A stretch of DNA of 13,885 bases from Pseudobacteriovorax sp. (GCA_050293845.1 JBNKNM010000150.1:1-13885); one strand, 5' to 3'. Positions 1 through 7,991 are shown, counted from the stretch's first letter. Notes: generated by a model from the sequence alone, not told the origin. Made by a program: numbers and translations.

Positions 1-76
1 TTGCTAGTGGTCTGGTCAACTAGTCTCCCTTGCGAGTCACCTCACAAGCCCCCTCCTTTAGGTGGGGGTAATTGAC
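1..76 (-). ncRNA. 5' domain of a HEARO / OMEGA omega-RNA scaffold (IscB/IsrB-associated), truncated by the window edge
   Basis: The minus strand from 76 reads GTCAATTA-CCCCCACC-TAAA-GGAGGGGG-CTTGTGAG-GTGA-CTCGCAAG-GGAGAC-TAGTTGAC-CAGACC. A closing stem GTCAATTA/TAGTTGAC encloses a C-rich/G-rich hairpin with a TAAA loop and an 8-bp hairpin with a GNRA (GTGA) loop. Two mismatches resolve as G-U pairs only on the minus strand. This matches the characteristic GTCAAC.ACCCC...TAAAG...GGGGCTTG...GTTGACCAG start of IscB omega-RNAs. Confidence 0.8.
1..76 (-). mobile_element. Terminus of an IS200/IS605-superfamily (IscB/IsrB-type) element; boundary predicted at 76/77
   Basis: Subterminal hairpin CCCCCACCTAAAGGAGGGGG beside GTCAA. 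Sequence shifts abruptly from GC-rich and structured (<=76) to an AT-rich flank (>=77). No transposase or nuclease ORF is visible inside the window. Confidence 0.65.
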
Positions 77-112
77 TATTATGTGTATAGTAAATCTAGT
101 TTCCACAGCTAC

Positions 113-601
113 TCAGGAATTAATTTGAGGAGCCACATCAATATTGGCTCTGACCTTCATATCATGCTCAATAACCTTTAAAGATAAGAAAAAATCCCCA
201 ATAAAATACAGAAGACCCGCTAGCAAACTTAGTAATCCCATGGAAAAGAATAGTATGGGAAAGAAACCTACATGGATGCCAAAGCTGAGGGAAAGGAAGA
301 TACATAAGATGGTGAGGACCACAAAGGCGGCTGCGCAAATTTCCAGAACGATCATCAAGCGCAGCAAGCGGGCTCTTTGGTATAGGGTCTTAAACTCCTG
401 ATTCATATGATTGGAACCCAGGGCCATGCCGTATAGCTTGGGACCTTCACGGAGTAGAGTGCGGATACGGTCGATGACCCTTCCGTAACGTAAGCTCATA
501 GCTGAAACAATAGCAACTATACCGGTGATGAGAAATACTGGAGCTACAGAAGCGGACAATATTTTTACCAGCTCAGAAGTTTGTGTATGAATATTCGGCA
601 T
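113..601 (-). CDS. DUF2721-family membrane protein (162 aa, about 3 TM helices)
   Basis: Start re-called at ATG 601 (GAAGGG upstream). The motif ILSASVAPVFLITGIVAIVSAMSLRYGRVIDRIR followed by RARLLR and two further hydrophobic helices is typical of DUF2721. Confidence 0.8.
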   Translation of the reverse strand: MPNIHTQTSELVKILSASVAPVFLITGIVAIVSAMSLRYGRVIDRIRTLLREGPKLYGMALGSNHMNQEFKTLYQRARLLRLMIVLEICAAAFVVLTILCIFLSLSFGIHVGFFPILFFSMGLLSLLAGLLYFIGDFFLSLKVIEHDMKVRANIDVAPQINS

Positions 602-789
602 ATAAAACCCTTCGAATTTTTTTGCTAATGTCTCGTGCTTTTCCCATGGTTTTGACGTAAACTTCGCCTTTTCCCTCCAAGGGAATAATAAGACTTTATG
701 GCCATATGTACAAAGTCTTTGGTGTAAAACTTTATAGTTTGTTATGCTTTTGCTACTGAATTTGCTACCGAAAACTGAAAGTCCACAAC

Positions 790-2802
790 ATGACAATAGC
801 CGCGAGACTCGACTCACTTCTTGTAGAAAAATTTGGCTTTGCGCATTTTCGAGAACATCAAAAAGAAGTATGTCTTAACGTAGCATCGGGAAATGACTCA
901 TTACTTGTGATGCCCACAGGAGCCGGAAAATCATTGTGTTTCCAACTACCCGGTATTGCTTTGGCTGGGACTACCTTGGTTATCTGCCCTTTGATCGCAC
1001 TTATCGACGATCAGGTGACCAAGCTGCAAGAAATAGGGCTCCGTGCCGTGGCGATCCATTCAGGGTGTTCACGACAGGAGTCGCGCTTAAATTGCCAGAA
1101 GTTTCTTGCGGGTGAAGTAGACTTCCTTTTTGTGGCTCCCGAAAGGCTGGGACTGCCAGGTTTTGTGCAGCTATTAAGCAAAAACCCTCCGACACTCATA
1201 GCGGTGGATGAAGCCCACTGTATTTCCCAGTGGGGACACGATTTTCGGCCTGACTACCGTATGCTCGGGGAAAGGCTGCAAGGTCTGCGCATGCATGCAC
1301 CCTTGATTGCTTTGACGGCAACAGCTACACCACAGGTGCAAAGGGATATTGTCGATCAGCTGCAGATGAAAGATGCGACAATATATGCTCATGGCTTTCG
1401 GCGATCGAATATTGCTATTGAAGGGATAGAGTGCAAAAAATCACAGCGATTATCAATCGTTAAAAAAATCCTCCAGGACGAAGAGCGAAAGCCTGCCATT
1501 TTCTATTCACCAACACGCAAGATGGCAGAGGAATTTGCTTTTGAATTGGGAGAAGGGGTCGTAGCATATCATGCCGGACTAGCTTCTGAGCAACGACTGG
1601 CTATTCAGAACGATTTCCTACAGGGACATGCTGATGTTATTGTGGCGACTGTCGCTTTTGGAATGGGCATAGATAAGTCTAATATTCGGACCGTCGTACA
1701 TCTTGGGTTTCCTAGCAGTATAGAAGGCTACTATCAAGAAATTGGTAGAGCAGGTCGTGATGGCTTGCCAAGTCGAGCCATTCTGCTTTACTCGTTTGCC
1801 GATATTAAGACCCACGAATTCTTGTTTAACAAAAACTATCCTGAAAAAGCCGAGCTGAGCAAATTCCTGGCAACCATTCCCGATGAGGGGTGTCTCATAG
1901 ATTCGCTCGAAGATAGCTGGGATTTTGACCTTAGAAATGGTCTGGAAAAGTTGTTAATTCATGGCGCCATAAAAATAGAAGCTGACATGGTATTTCCGAC
2001 CCATGGGCCCTGGCAAGCGCGATATGAAGAACAGCGGCAGCATCGCTATGATCAGCTTTACAATGTCCATGCCTACGCAAAAAACTCTGGAACGTGCCGT
2101 ATGTTACAGCTTATGGCTTACTTTGGTGATCCTGATGCTGGAGGAGAAACCTGTCATCAATGTGATATATGCTGTGAATCTAGTTCTGACCTTATGCAAA
2201 CGAGACCGCTTACGAAAAATGAACAAGGGTTAGTCAGGAAAATTTACGAACAATTGCGTACCAAGTTCGGCCCTAGCAGTTCTAAGCTGTACAAGCTGAC
2301 CTTAGAGCCCCAAGGCTATACTAGAACACGCTTTGATGAGTTACTAGATGTTCTAATTCGCCATTCCTATGCAAAGTTTGATAGTGTGACCTTCGAGGCA
2401 GCGGATGGACGGCAAGTTTCCTATCAAGCTGTTATTTCAAAAAAGAGCCTGCTGCAAGTGGATCTGGAGCGCTTAACCATAAGTGAGCTTTCAACAGACA
2501 ATAGCAAAATGACGAGTTCCAAAAGGAAATTTAAGTCTGTCTCCCGCGAAGCGGTCCCGCAGGTTATTAGCGATGGCGAGGATAAATTGCTATTTGATAA
2601 ACTGCGCGATTGGAGGCTCAGTGAATCGAAGAAAAATAAGGTTGCAGCATTCGTTGTGCTCAGCAATAAAGCGCTGTCCGCGATTGCCACCACAAAGCCT
2701 AAAGATCAATCAGACTTGCTCGGTATACCAGGAATTGGTCCTGCTAAATACGAAAAATACGGGAGGGATCTTCTAGCAATCGTGCGACAGTTTAAAAACT
2801 AA
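790..2802 (+). CDS. recQ: ATP-dependent DNA helicase, RecQ family (helicase core, Zn-binding domain, C-terminal HRDC)
   Basis: FGFAHFRxxQ (motif 0), MPTGAGKS (Walker A), DEAHCISQWGHDFRPDY, LTATA, FGMGIDK, YYQEIGRAGRDG, Zn ligands CR...CHQCDIC, HRDC segment LFDKLRDWR...IPGIGPAKYEKYG. Confidence 0.95.
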   Translation: MTIAARLDSLLVEKFGFAHFREHQKEVCLNVASGNDSLLVMPTGAGKSLCFQLPGIALAGTTLVICPLIALIDDQVTKLQEIGLRAVAIHSGCSRQESRLNCQKFLAGEVDFLFVAPERLGLPGFVQLLSKNPPTLIAVDEAHCISQWGHDFRPDYRMLGERLQGLRMHAPLIALTATATPQVQRDIVDQLQMKDATIYAHGFRRSNIAIEGIECKKSQRLSIVKKILQDEERKPAIFYSPTRKMAEEFAFELGEGVVAYHAGLASEQRLAIQNDFLQGHADVIVATVAFGMGIDKSNIRTVVHLGFPSSIEGYYQEIGRAGRDGLPSRAILLYSFADIKTHEFLFNKNYPEKAELSKFLATIPDEGCLIDSLEDSWDFDLRNGLEKLLIHGAIKIEADMVFPTHGPWQARYEEQRQHRYDQLYNVHAYAKNSGTCRMLQLMAYFGDPDAGGETCHQCDICCESSSDLMQTRPLTKNEQGLVRKIYEQLRTKFGPSSSKLYKLTLEPQGYTRTRFDELLDVLIRHSYAKFDSVTFEAADGRQVSYQAVISKKSLLQVDLERLTISELSTDNSKMTSSKRKFKSVSREAVPQVISDGEDKLLFDKLRDWRLSESKKNKVAAFVVLSNKALSAIATTKPKDQSDLLGIPGIGPAKYEKYGRDLLAIVRQFKN

Positions 2803-3295
2803 AATCTTACGGTATGGGATCATTTTCTTTACAATCTTGGCATTATTACAGTAATGCGGGCGAAGCGTTGACAACTTAGGCACCCCTGCTTACGAGGTGA
2901 TCACTGTATTTGTTTAGTCCATGAAATGATTTGCTATAAATCTGCATCTTAGGGCTTTGCATAGAGAATGAGCACGATTTTTTTGCTGAAGCCAGTTCAG
3001 AACGGGGTCTATTTTTCAATAGCTTGTCTTGGTATTATCTGTGCATATTAAGGCAAGTAAATCATGGTTGGCAAGAAGCCTATGGTAGGTTATGGACGCA
3101 TTTTCATTATGTGTCCGTCTCGGGTCGGGTCTATTCAAAGAGAATGGGCTGACTTGATCTTTACATATAATGTAGCTATATTCCAGTTCACTAGTTTTAT
3201 CACCTCTATCCTTGCAATTCATAGATAGTATAAATTATTTGCGTAACGCTGATCATATCTTTTTAGCAGATCTGACATTTCCATAAAAAAAATAT

Positions 3296-3322
3296 TTAGG
3301 ATATGAATATGCTTTCCGATAT
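3296..3322 (+). promoter_or_regulatory. Possible sigma-28 (FliA)-like promoter of the sensor kinase
   Basis: TTAG(3296-3299)-N15-TCCGATAT(3315-3322) versus the consensus TAAA-N15-GCCGATAA. The -10 is good and the -35 is weak. It lies about 110 nt upstream of the ATG. Confidence 0.35.
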
Positions 3323-3430
3323 ATTTTCGAGTAAGCACGTAGCGTTTAAAAAATTGACTGTTTGCAACTGCGTTAAACAATACAGTTTATGATGAAATAG
3401 ATTTCTATAAGAAAGTTTAGAGACTATTAA

Positions 3431-6115
3431 ATGTTGTTGACCAAAACTCCATTACTTTTAAGCTTGGTTATCGCTACATATGCTAGTGCTTATCCTCAGG
3501 CTCATGACTCCGGGAATTCCTTAAAAGCGGAAACTCTTCACTGTGCCAAAGAATTAAGTTGTTTTTTACGTAGTGAGTCACTAGAGCAAACGGTTAAAAT
3601 TAGAGGTGACTGGCTAATATTCTGGAAGCAATTACTTACTCCAAAACAATTTGAAGCTGCATTACAAAAATCTGGAAGAGAAATCCGGACGCTAAGTTTA
3701 TCATTTGTGCAAGATTTTAGTGATGTTGCCAAGGATGGTCATGGTTATATTACGGTTCAGAAAGAATTAATCTTTGAAAAATCGCAAAATATAGCTATGT
3801 TTTTTCCTACTACTTCATCTGCGCGCAAGGTATGGCTTAATGATAATTTGATATTAGAACAAGGGGTTGTTGGTCGCAGCTTTGAGGAAGAAACCCTAGG
3901 TACAAAGAGTGAATCGATACGTACTTTTGCTCACGCTGGAGTTAACAAGCTTACGATTCAAATTTCAAATTTTCACCATTTTTATGGTGGTCACACCAGA
4001 AATATAATAATCGGAACACCATCTCAAATAGATCTTTTAATGAATAAGATGACAACCAATGATGCTCTTAGTATTGGTGCTATTTTGATCATGACCTTCT
4101 ACCATCTTTATTTATGGATCATTCGTAGAACAGATATGGGCAGTCTATTCTTTTCATTTTTTTGTGCCAGTATCGGCATTCGTTCCATAGCTATGGGAGG
4201 GGCTCAACTACTGCATCAATTTATTAACGGCAGTGAAGGAGTCCTATTAAGAGTAAAATTAGAGTATTTTGGATTTTCTTTTGGAGCGTTGATGATTGGA
4301 ATGTTCATGCATTCTCAGTTTTATAAGGAATACAACAAATGGGTAGCGACTATAGGCGGAGTTCCTTTTGGTGTATGGACTCTAGTAATCATTTTTACAT
4401 CCCCAAATTTTTTCCCCAAATGGCTTACTTTTTTTCAATTTTGGACCGTTGGTTTTGGAATTGTTGGTATTTTAGCGCTGATCTTAGCTATTTTAAGAAA
4501 GCGAGATGGTGCCGGGTTATCATTACTAGGGTTCGGTATATTTTTTGTTTGTGTAACGCACGATATTCTAAGGGCTTTAGGGACTATTGAAAGTTCTATG
4601 GAAATTACTCAATTAGGACTATTTATGTTCCTGTTTTTTCAATCAACTATTCTAGCTTATCGTTTTAATAAATCTTTCATCAAATTAGACCATGCAGAAA
4701 GAGAAATTAGGTCACTTAACCTGAGTCTAGAAAAGAAGGTTGAAGAACGCACCAAGCAAATCAACACTATACTGTCCAATGTACAGTCAGGTTTTTTAAT
4801 CATTTCTGAAAATTGTATAATCCAACCCGGATTTACCCAGTCATGCCATGAGTTATTAGATGTTGAAATAACGCTAGGGATCTCGTGTATAAAGTACTTT
4901 CAAACAAACCCACGAGATGAAGAGCTTTTTCGGAGTGCTGTTATTCAGACTTTTCATGACATTATGCCTGAAAGTGTGAATTTAGCACAGATCCCTAATA
5001 GGATGAAATCGCGTAATAATCGGATATTATCAATCTTGTACTCTGTAATACGTGATAATGAAACAAAAAAGGTAGATGGTATTTTATTGACAATAAATGA
5101 TGCTTCTAGCCTCGTTCAAGCTGAAGAACAGGTTATGAAATCTCAAATTATCGTAAAGATTTTGCAAAACAAAGCAAGCTTTGATGGTTTCGTGCAAGAT
5201 TTTGAGAAAAATTGTACATTAGCCCTTAAACTTCTTATCGAAAATTCGCAGCCAGGAGTTCGTTCGATATTACACACCCTTAAAGGCAATGTTGCCACCT
5301 TTGGTTTCAAACGGACAGTAGACCTTATTCATCAGATTGAAGATAAAGTCACAATTTCAACAAAAGATATATCTGTTATTAAAGACTCACTTATGTCTTC
5401 TATTGATGAATTTAAGGAAATACTCGACTTTAACCAAGAATCCAAAATTCTTATTCCAAGAAATGAGGTCATGCAGTATATTGCTTTGATGAAAAAATCT
5501 AGTGATAAAAAAATTGCCAGTACCATTATCAATAATCTCAGCAAACATACCCTTGCAAAGGCCAAAGAAATTTTGGGTCCCATAGAAGATATGGTTTCTG
5601 TAATGGGTGAAAGGCTTGAAAAAGAAATTCAATTAGACTTTCGTGGAAAAAACTGCCCCATTAATCAAGAACATACAGAAGTGGTAAGAAATGTTATTCA
5701 TTTAATTCGAAACTCAATTGATCATGGTATTGAAGAATCTTATCATCGTCATCCCAAAGATTCCACTGGTCATATCTATCTTGTGTTCAACCGTTTCGAT
5801 TCAGAAATGAAAATTGAAATTGCTGACGATGGCAAAGGGATCGATACTCATTACTTGTATCAGCTGGCTGTGGAAAGAAAGATAATAGATATAAAAGAGA
5901 TGTCTGAATCTGATAAAGAGAATTTAATTTTTCATCCAGGATTATCAACTACAATTAAAAATACTGATCTTTCTGGTAGAGGTATAGGTATGTACTCTAT
6001 CAAGAAAGCTATCGATGAGGTTGGTGGTAAAATTACAGTTGAAAATCGTCCGCTTCAAGGGTGTACATTCTTAATTACCCTTCCGTTTAAAAAAGATATC
6101 CAACTTGCTATCTGA
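3431..6115 (+). CDS. Membrane sensor histidine kinase: signal peptide, extracellular beta-sandwich, 7TM-DISM, coiled coil/PAS-like region, HPt, CheA-like HATPase
   Basis: N-terminal signal peptide; IRGDWLIFWKQLL...KVWLND...NKLTIQISNFHHFYGG extracellular domain; seven hydrophobic helices ending in LAYRF (7TM-DISM type); LEKKVEERT helix; HPt motif LHTLKGN; CheA-type boxes HLIRNSIDHGIE, ADDGKGID, FHPGLST, SGRGIGM, GCTFLITLP. Confidence 0.88.
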   Translation: MLLTKTPLLLSLVIATYASAYPQAHDSGNSLKAETLHCAKELSCFLRSESLEQTVKIRGDWLIFWKQLLTPKQFEAALQKSGREIRTLSLSFVQDFSDVAKDGHGYITVQKELIFEKSQNIAMFFPTTSSARKVWLNDNLILEQGVVGRSFEEETLGTKSESIRTFAHAGVNKLTIQISNFHHFYGGHTRNIIIGTPSQIDLLMNKMTTNDALSIGAILIMTFYHLYLWIIRRTDMGSLFFSFFCASIGIRSIAMGGAQLLHQFINGSEGVLLRVKLEYFGFSFGALMIGMFMHSQFYKEYNKWVATIGGVPFGVWTLVIIFTSPNFFPKWLTFFQFWTVGFGIVGILALILAILRKRDGAGLSLLGFGIFFVCVTHDILRALGTIESSMEITQLGLFMFLFFQSTILAYRFNKSFIKLDHAEREIRSLNLSLEKKVEERTKQINTILSNVQSGFLIISENCIIQPGFTQSCHELLDVEITLGISCIKYFQTNPRDEELFRSAVIQTFHDIMPESVNLAQIPNRMKSRNNRILSILYSVIRDNETKKVDGILLTINDASSLVQAEEQVMKSQIIVKILQNKASFDGFVQDFEKNCTLALKLLIENSQPGVRSILHTLKGNVATFGFKRTVDLIHQIEDKVTISTKDISVIKDSLMSSIDEFKEILDFNQESKILIPRNEVMQYIALMKKSSDKKIASTIINNLSKHTLAKAKEILGPIEDMVSVMGERLEKEIQLDFRGKNCPINQEHTEVVRNVIHLIRNSIDHGIEESYHRHPKDSTGHIYLVFNRFDSEMKIEIADDGKGIDTHYLYQLAVERKIIDIKEMSESDKENLIFHPGLSTTIKNTDLSGRGIGMYSIKKAIDEVGGKITVENRPLQGCTFLITLPFKKDIQLAI

Positions 6116-6126
6116 ATTCATAAGAG

Positions 6127-6206
6127 GTGTAAGGTCTTAAGGATTTAAAAGGCTTACACAAATACTAGAGCTGAATTGACTTGGTACTACCATTGTGAAG
6201 TGGTAG
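6127..6206. terminator. Two hairpins between convergent genes; possible (bidirectional) terminator or 3' stabiliser
   Basis: GTGTAAG(G)TCTT...AAGGCTTACAC (6127-6159) and CTACCAT-TGTGAA-GTGGTAG (6187-6206). No clear U-tract follows either. Confidence 0.3.
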
Positions 6207-6229
6207 CTGCGCAAACCAGATCCGTTACT

Positions 6230-6856
6230 TCAATCGATTTGATAAATGGCTTCGATTTCCTTTAAAATTTTAGGAAAGTTGATTTTGAAATCTTTAAGCC
6301 GACCCGTATAAGTATCAAAAACCCAGCCATGTAATTTTAAACCTTTTTCTCGCATTGCTTTTTGGACAACGGCATTTTTAACTAGGTTGACACATTGCTC
6401 CTGAACATTTAGTTCAACTAATCGATTACGACGTTGCTGCTCGTCCTTGATCTCTAAGAGCTCATGTTTATACAGACGAAAGACGTCACGGATATTTCTC
6501 AGCCAAGGATTGATGACTCCCAAGTCCCTAGTTTCCAGAGCAGCTTGGATGCCACCACAACCATAGTGGCCGCACACCACCGCATGTTCAACATTCAAAT
6601 GCTCAATGGCATAGTTGATAACACTCATGGAATTGAGGTCAATATTCACAACTAAGTTAGCAATATTACGGTGTACAAAGACTTCACCTGGTTCAGCGCC
6701 CATCATTTCTTCGGCGGTCACACGGCTATCGGAACAACCAATATAGAGCAGTTTAGGATTTTGTCCCTGACCCAGCTTTTTAAAGTAATCCGGATCAAGA
6801 TTGAGCTTTTTTGTAACCCACTTTTCATTGTTAGCAAGAAATTTTTTAACTCTCAT
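6230..6856 (-). CDS. can: Beta-class carbonic anhydrase
   Basis: GQNPKLLYIGCSDSRV, GEVFVHRNIAN, VVCGHYGCGG (Cys/His/Cys Zn ligands), ELNVQEQ, LHGWVFD. Start at ATG 6856 (AAGAG upstream); ATG 6877 is an alternative. Confidence 0.93.
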   Translation of the reverse strand: MRVKKFLANNEKWVTKKLNLDPDYFKKLGQGQNPKLLYIGCSDSRVTAEEMMGAEPGEVFVHRNIANLVVNIDLNSMSVINYAIEHLNVEHAVVCGHYGCGGIQAALETRDLGVINPWLRNIRDVFRLYKHELLEIKDEQQRRNRLVELNVQEQCVNLVKNAVVQKAMREKGLKLHGWVFDTYTGRLKDFKINFPKILKEIEAIYQID

Positions 6857-7149
6857 AGGGATCTCTTTGTTAAACATTTAGGCACGTATTTGGTTAGACG
6901 CCAGCAAATCGCCATAATCTGCTAAAAGTGGAGTCAAATTACAAGAGATATATTGCGGCAGTTGTTGGGTTCGTGCTGGAGACATCAAGGTCTTTATGGG
7001 AAAATGGGACAGTGAAAGCCGGATAATTTTATTATATCAATAATATTAGGAGAGTAAAGATTAGGAATTTGAGAAATATTGACATTATCATGATAAGTCT
7101 TCCTACCTTCTAGTCGTCTAGGCTTACGAAAATATATAATTATTCTCAA

Positions 7150-7176
7150 TCAATATGCCCCGACTAATTCCGAATA
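7150..7176 (+). promoter_or_regulatory. Sigma-28 (FliA)-like promoter of the response regulator
   Basis: TCAA(7150-7153)-N15-TCCGAATA(7169-7176), with canonical spacing and 33 nt upstream of the ATG. Confidence 0.45.
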
Positions 7177-7209
7177 CTAATAAGTCGTAATGAGTATGAT
7201 GAGATTACT

Positions 7210-7968
7210 ATGTTTCAGGCTTTATTAATTGAAAAAGATCAAGAGTGGCTTGATAAGCTTGAAGAAGCCTTGTTTTCCATGAACTTTGAGTGCCTCGTAG
7301 CTACCAGTGAAGACGCAGCGCGATCCTATATTGAGAAACGTGGAAAAAGCATTGGAATTATTTTCGCTTGCTTAGATAAGGAGCGACTTGACGGCATGGC
7401 AGCTGCTGCCATCCAATATAACTTAGGGTTTTACCGGCCTATCATCGGTATTACTAATAAGTCTAGTCAAACGGGAAATAGGAGGGAAAGACTCGATATC
7501 AATGGATTATTAGGGCCCGAAATCAAACAAATGGATCTCAGAAATATGATCGATAGAATTTTTTGGGAGCATCATGAAGCAGTTAGGAACCGCTCAAGAA
7601 CACCTATTGTTCTTATTGTTGAAGATGATGATATGCAATCAAGTCTACTTGTGAGCCGATTGATTAAGACAGGGGTAGAACCCTATGTTGCTGTGAACGG
7701 TCTTAAGGGCTTAGAAGAAGTGAAAAGATTATCACCTCAATTGATCATTATGGACATTAACATGCCGATAATGGATGGTTTTACTTTGGTGCGACTGCTC
7801 AAAGACTCCAGAGTAACCAAAAATATTCCTGTCATTGGAGTAAGCGCATCGGCTTCAGAAACAGAGTGCCTCAGAGCAGGGTGCGATCTGTTCTTTGTTA
7901 AGCCTTATAGCAAAAAATTGATAAGTAAAATTAAAGACTTACTCTCGGAAATGGCGCAAGCATCCTAA
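7210..7968 (+). CDS. Response regulator with two receiver domains (degenerate N-terminal REC plus canonical CheY-like REC) and no output domain
   Basis: C-terminal REC: VLIVEDD, LIIMDINMPIMDG, IPVIGVSA, GCDLFFVKP. The N-terminal half has the REC pattern (ALLIEKD...IGIIFAC...PIIGIT...INGLLGP) but lacks the phospho-Asp and the conserved Lys. Confidence 0.88.
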   Translation: MFQALLIEKDQEWLDKLEEALFSMNFECLVATSEDAARSYIEKRGKSIGIIFACLDKERLDGMAAAAIQYNLGFYRPIIGITNKSSQTGNRRERLDINGLLGPEIKQMDLRNMIDRIFWEHHEAVRNRSRTPIVLIVEDDDMQSSLLVSRLIKTGVEPYVAVNGLKGLEEVKRLSPQLIIMDINMPIMDGFTLVRLLKDSRVTKNIPVIGVSASASETECLRAGCDLFFVKPYSKKLISKIKDLLSEMAQAS

Positions 7969-7991
7969 TGAAGTCTCCCGAAATCTGGTCG

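Noticed and set aside
15..76. Reading the hairpins as a simple rho-independent terminator of the DUF2721 gene, a tRNA or a CRISPR repeat
   Set aside because: No U-tract, no cloverleaf or T-loop, and no repeat-spacer periodicity; the nested three-stem layout fits an omega-RNA better.
602..817. 72-aa N-terminal extension of the 113..817 ORF
   Set aside because: It overlaps the recQ start and covers the divergent promoter region; DUF2721 similarity begins only after Met at 601.
3106..3114. 9-nt match (ATTATGTGT) to the predicted omega-RNA guide at 78-86
   Set aside because: Short, AT-rich and mismatched at the scaffold-proximal base; compatible with chance.
3016..3228. Small intergenic ORFs (3016..3222 minus, 68 aa; 3064..3228 plus, 54 aa)
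   Set aside because: No recognisable motif or convincing ribosome-binding site; they overlap each other on opposite strands.
3431..7968. A dedicated CO2/pH-sensing module (kinase, carbonic anhydrase, regulator)
   Set aside because: Only adjacency supports it; the anhydrase is on the opposite strand with its own upstream region, and the kinase input domain looks carbohydrate-binding.
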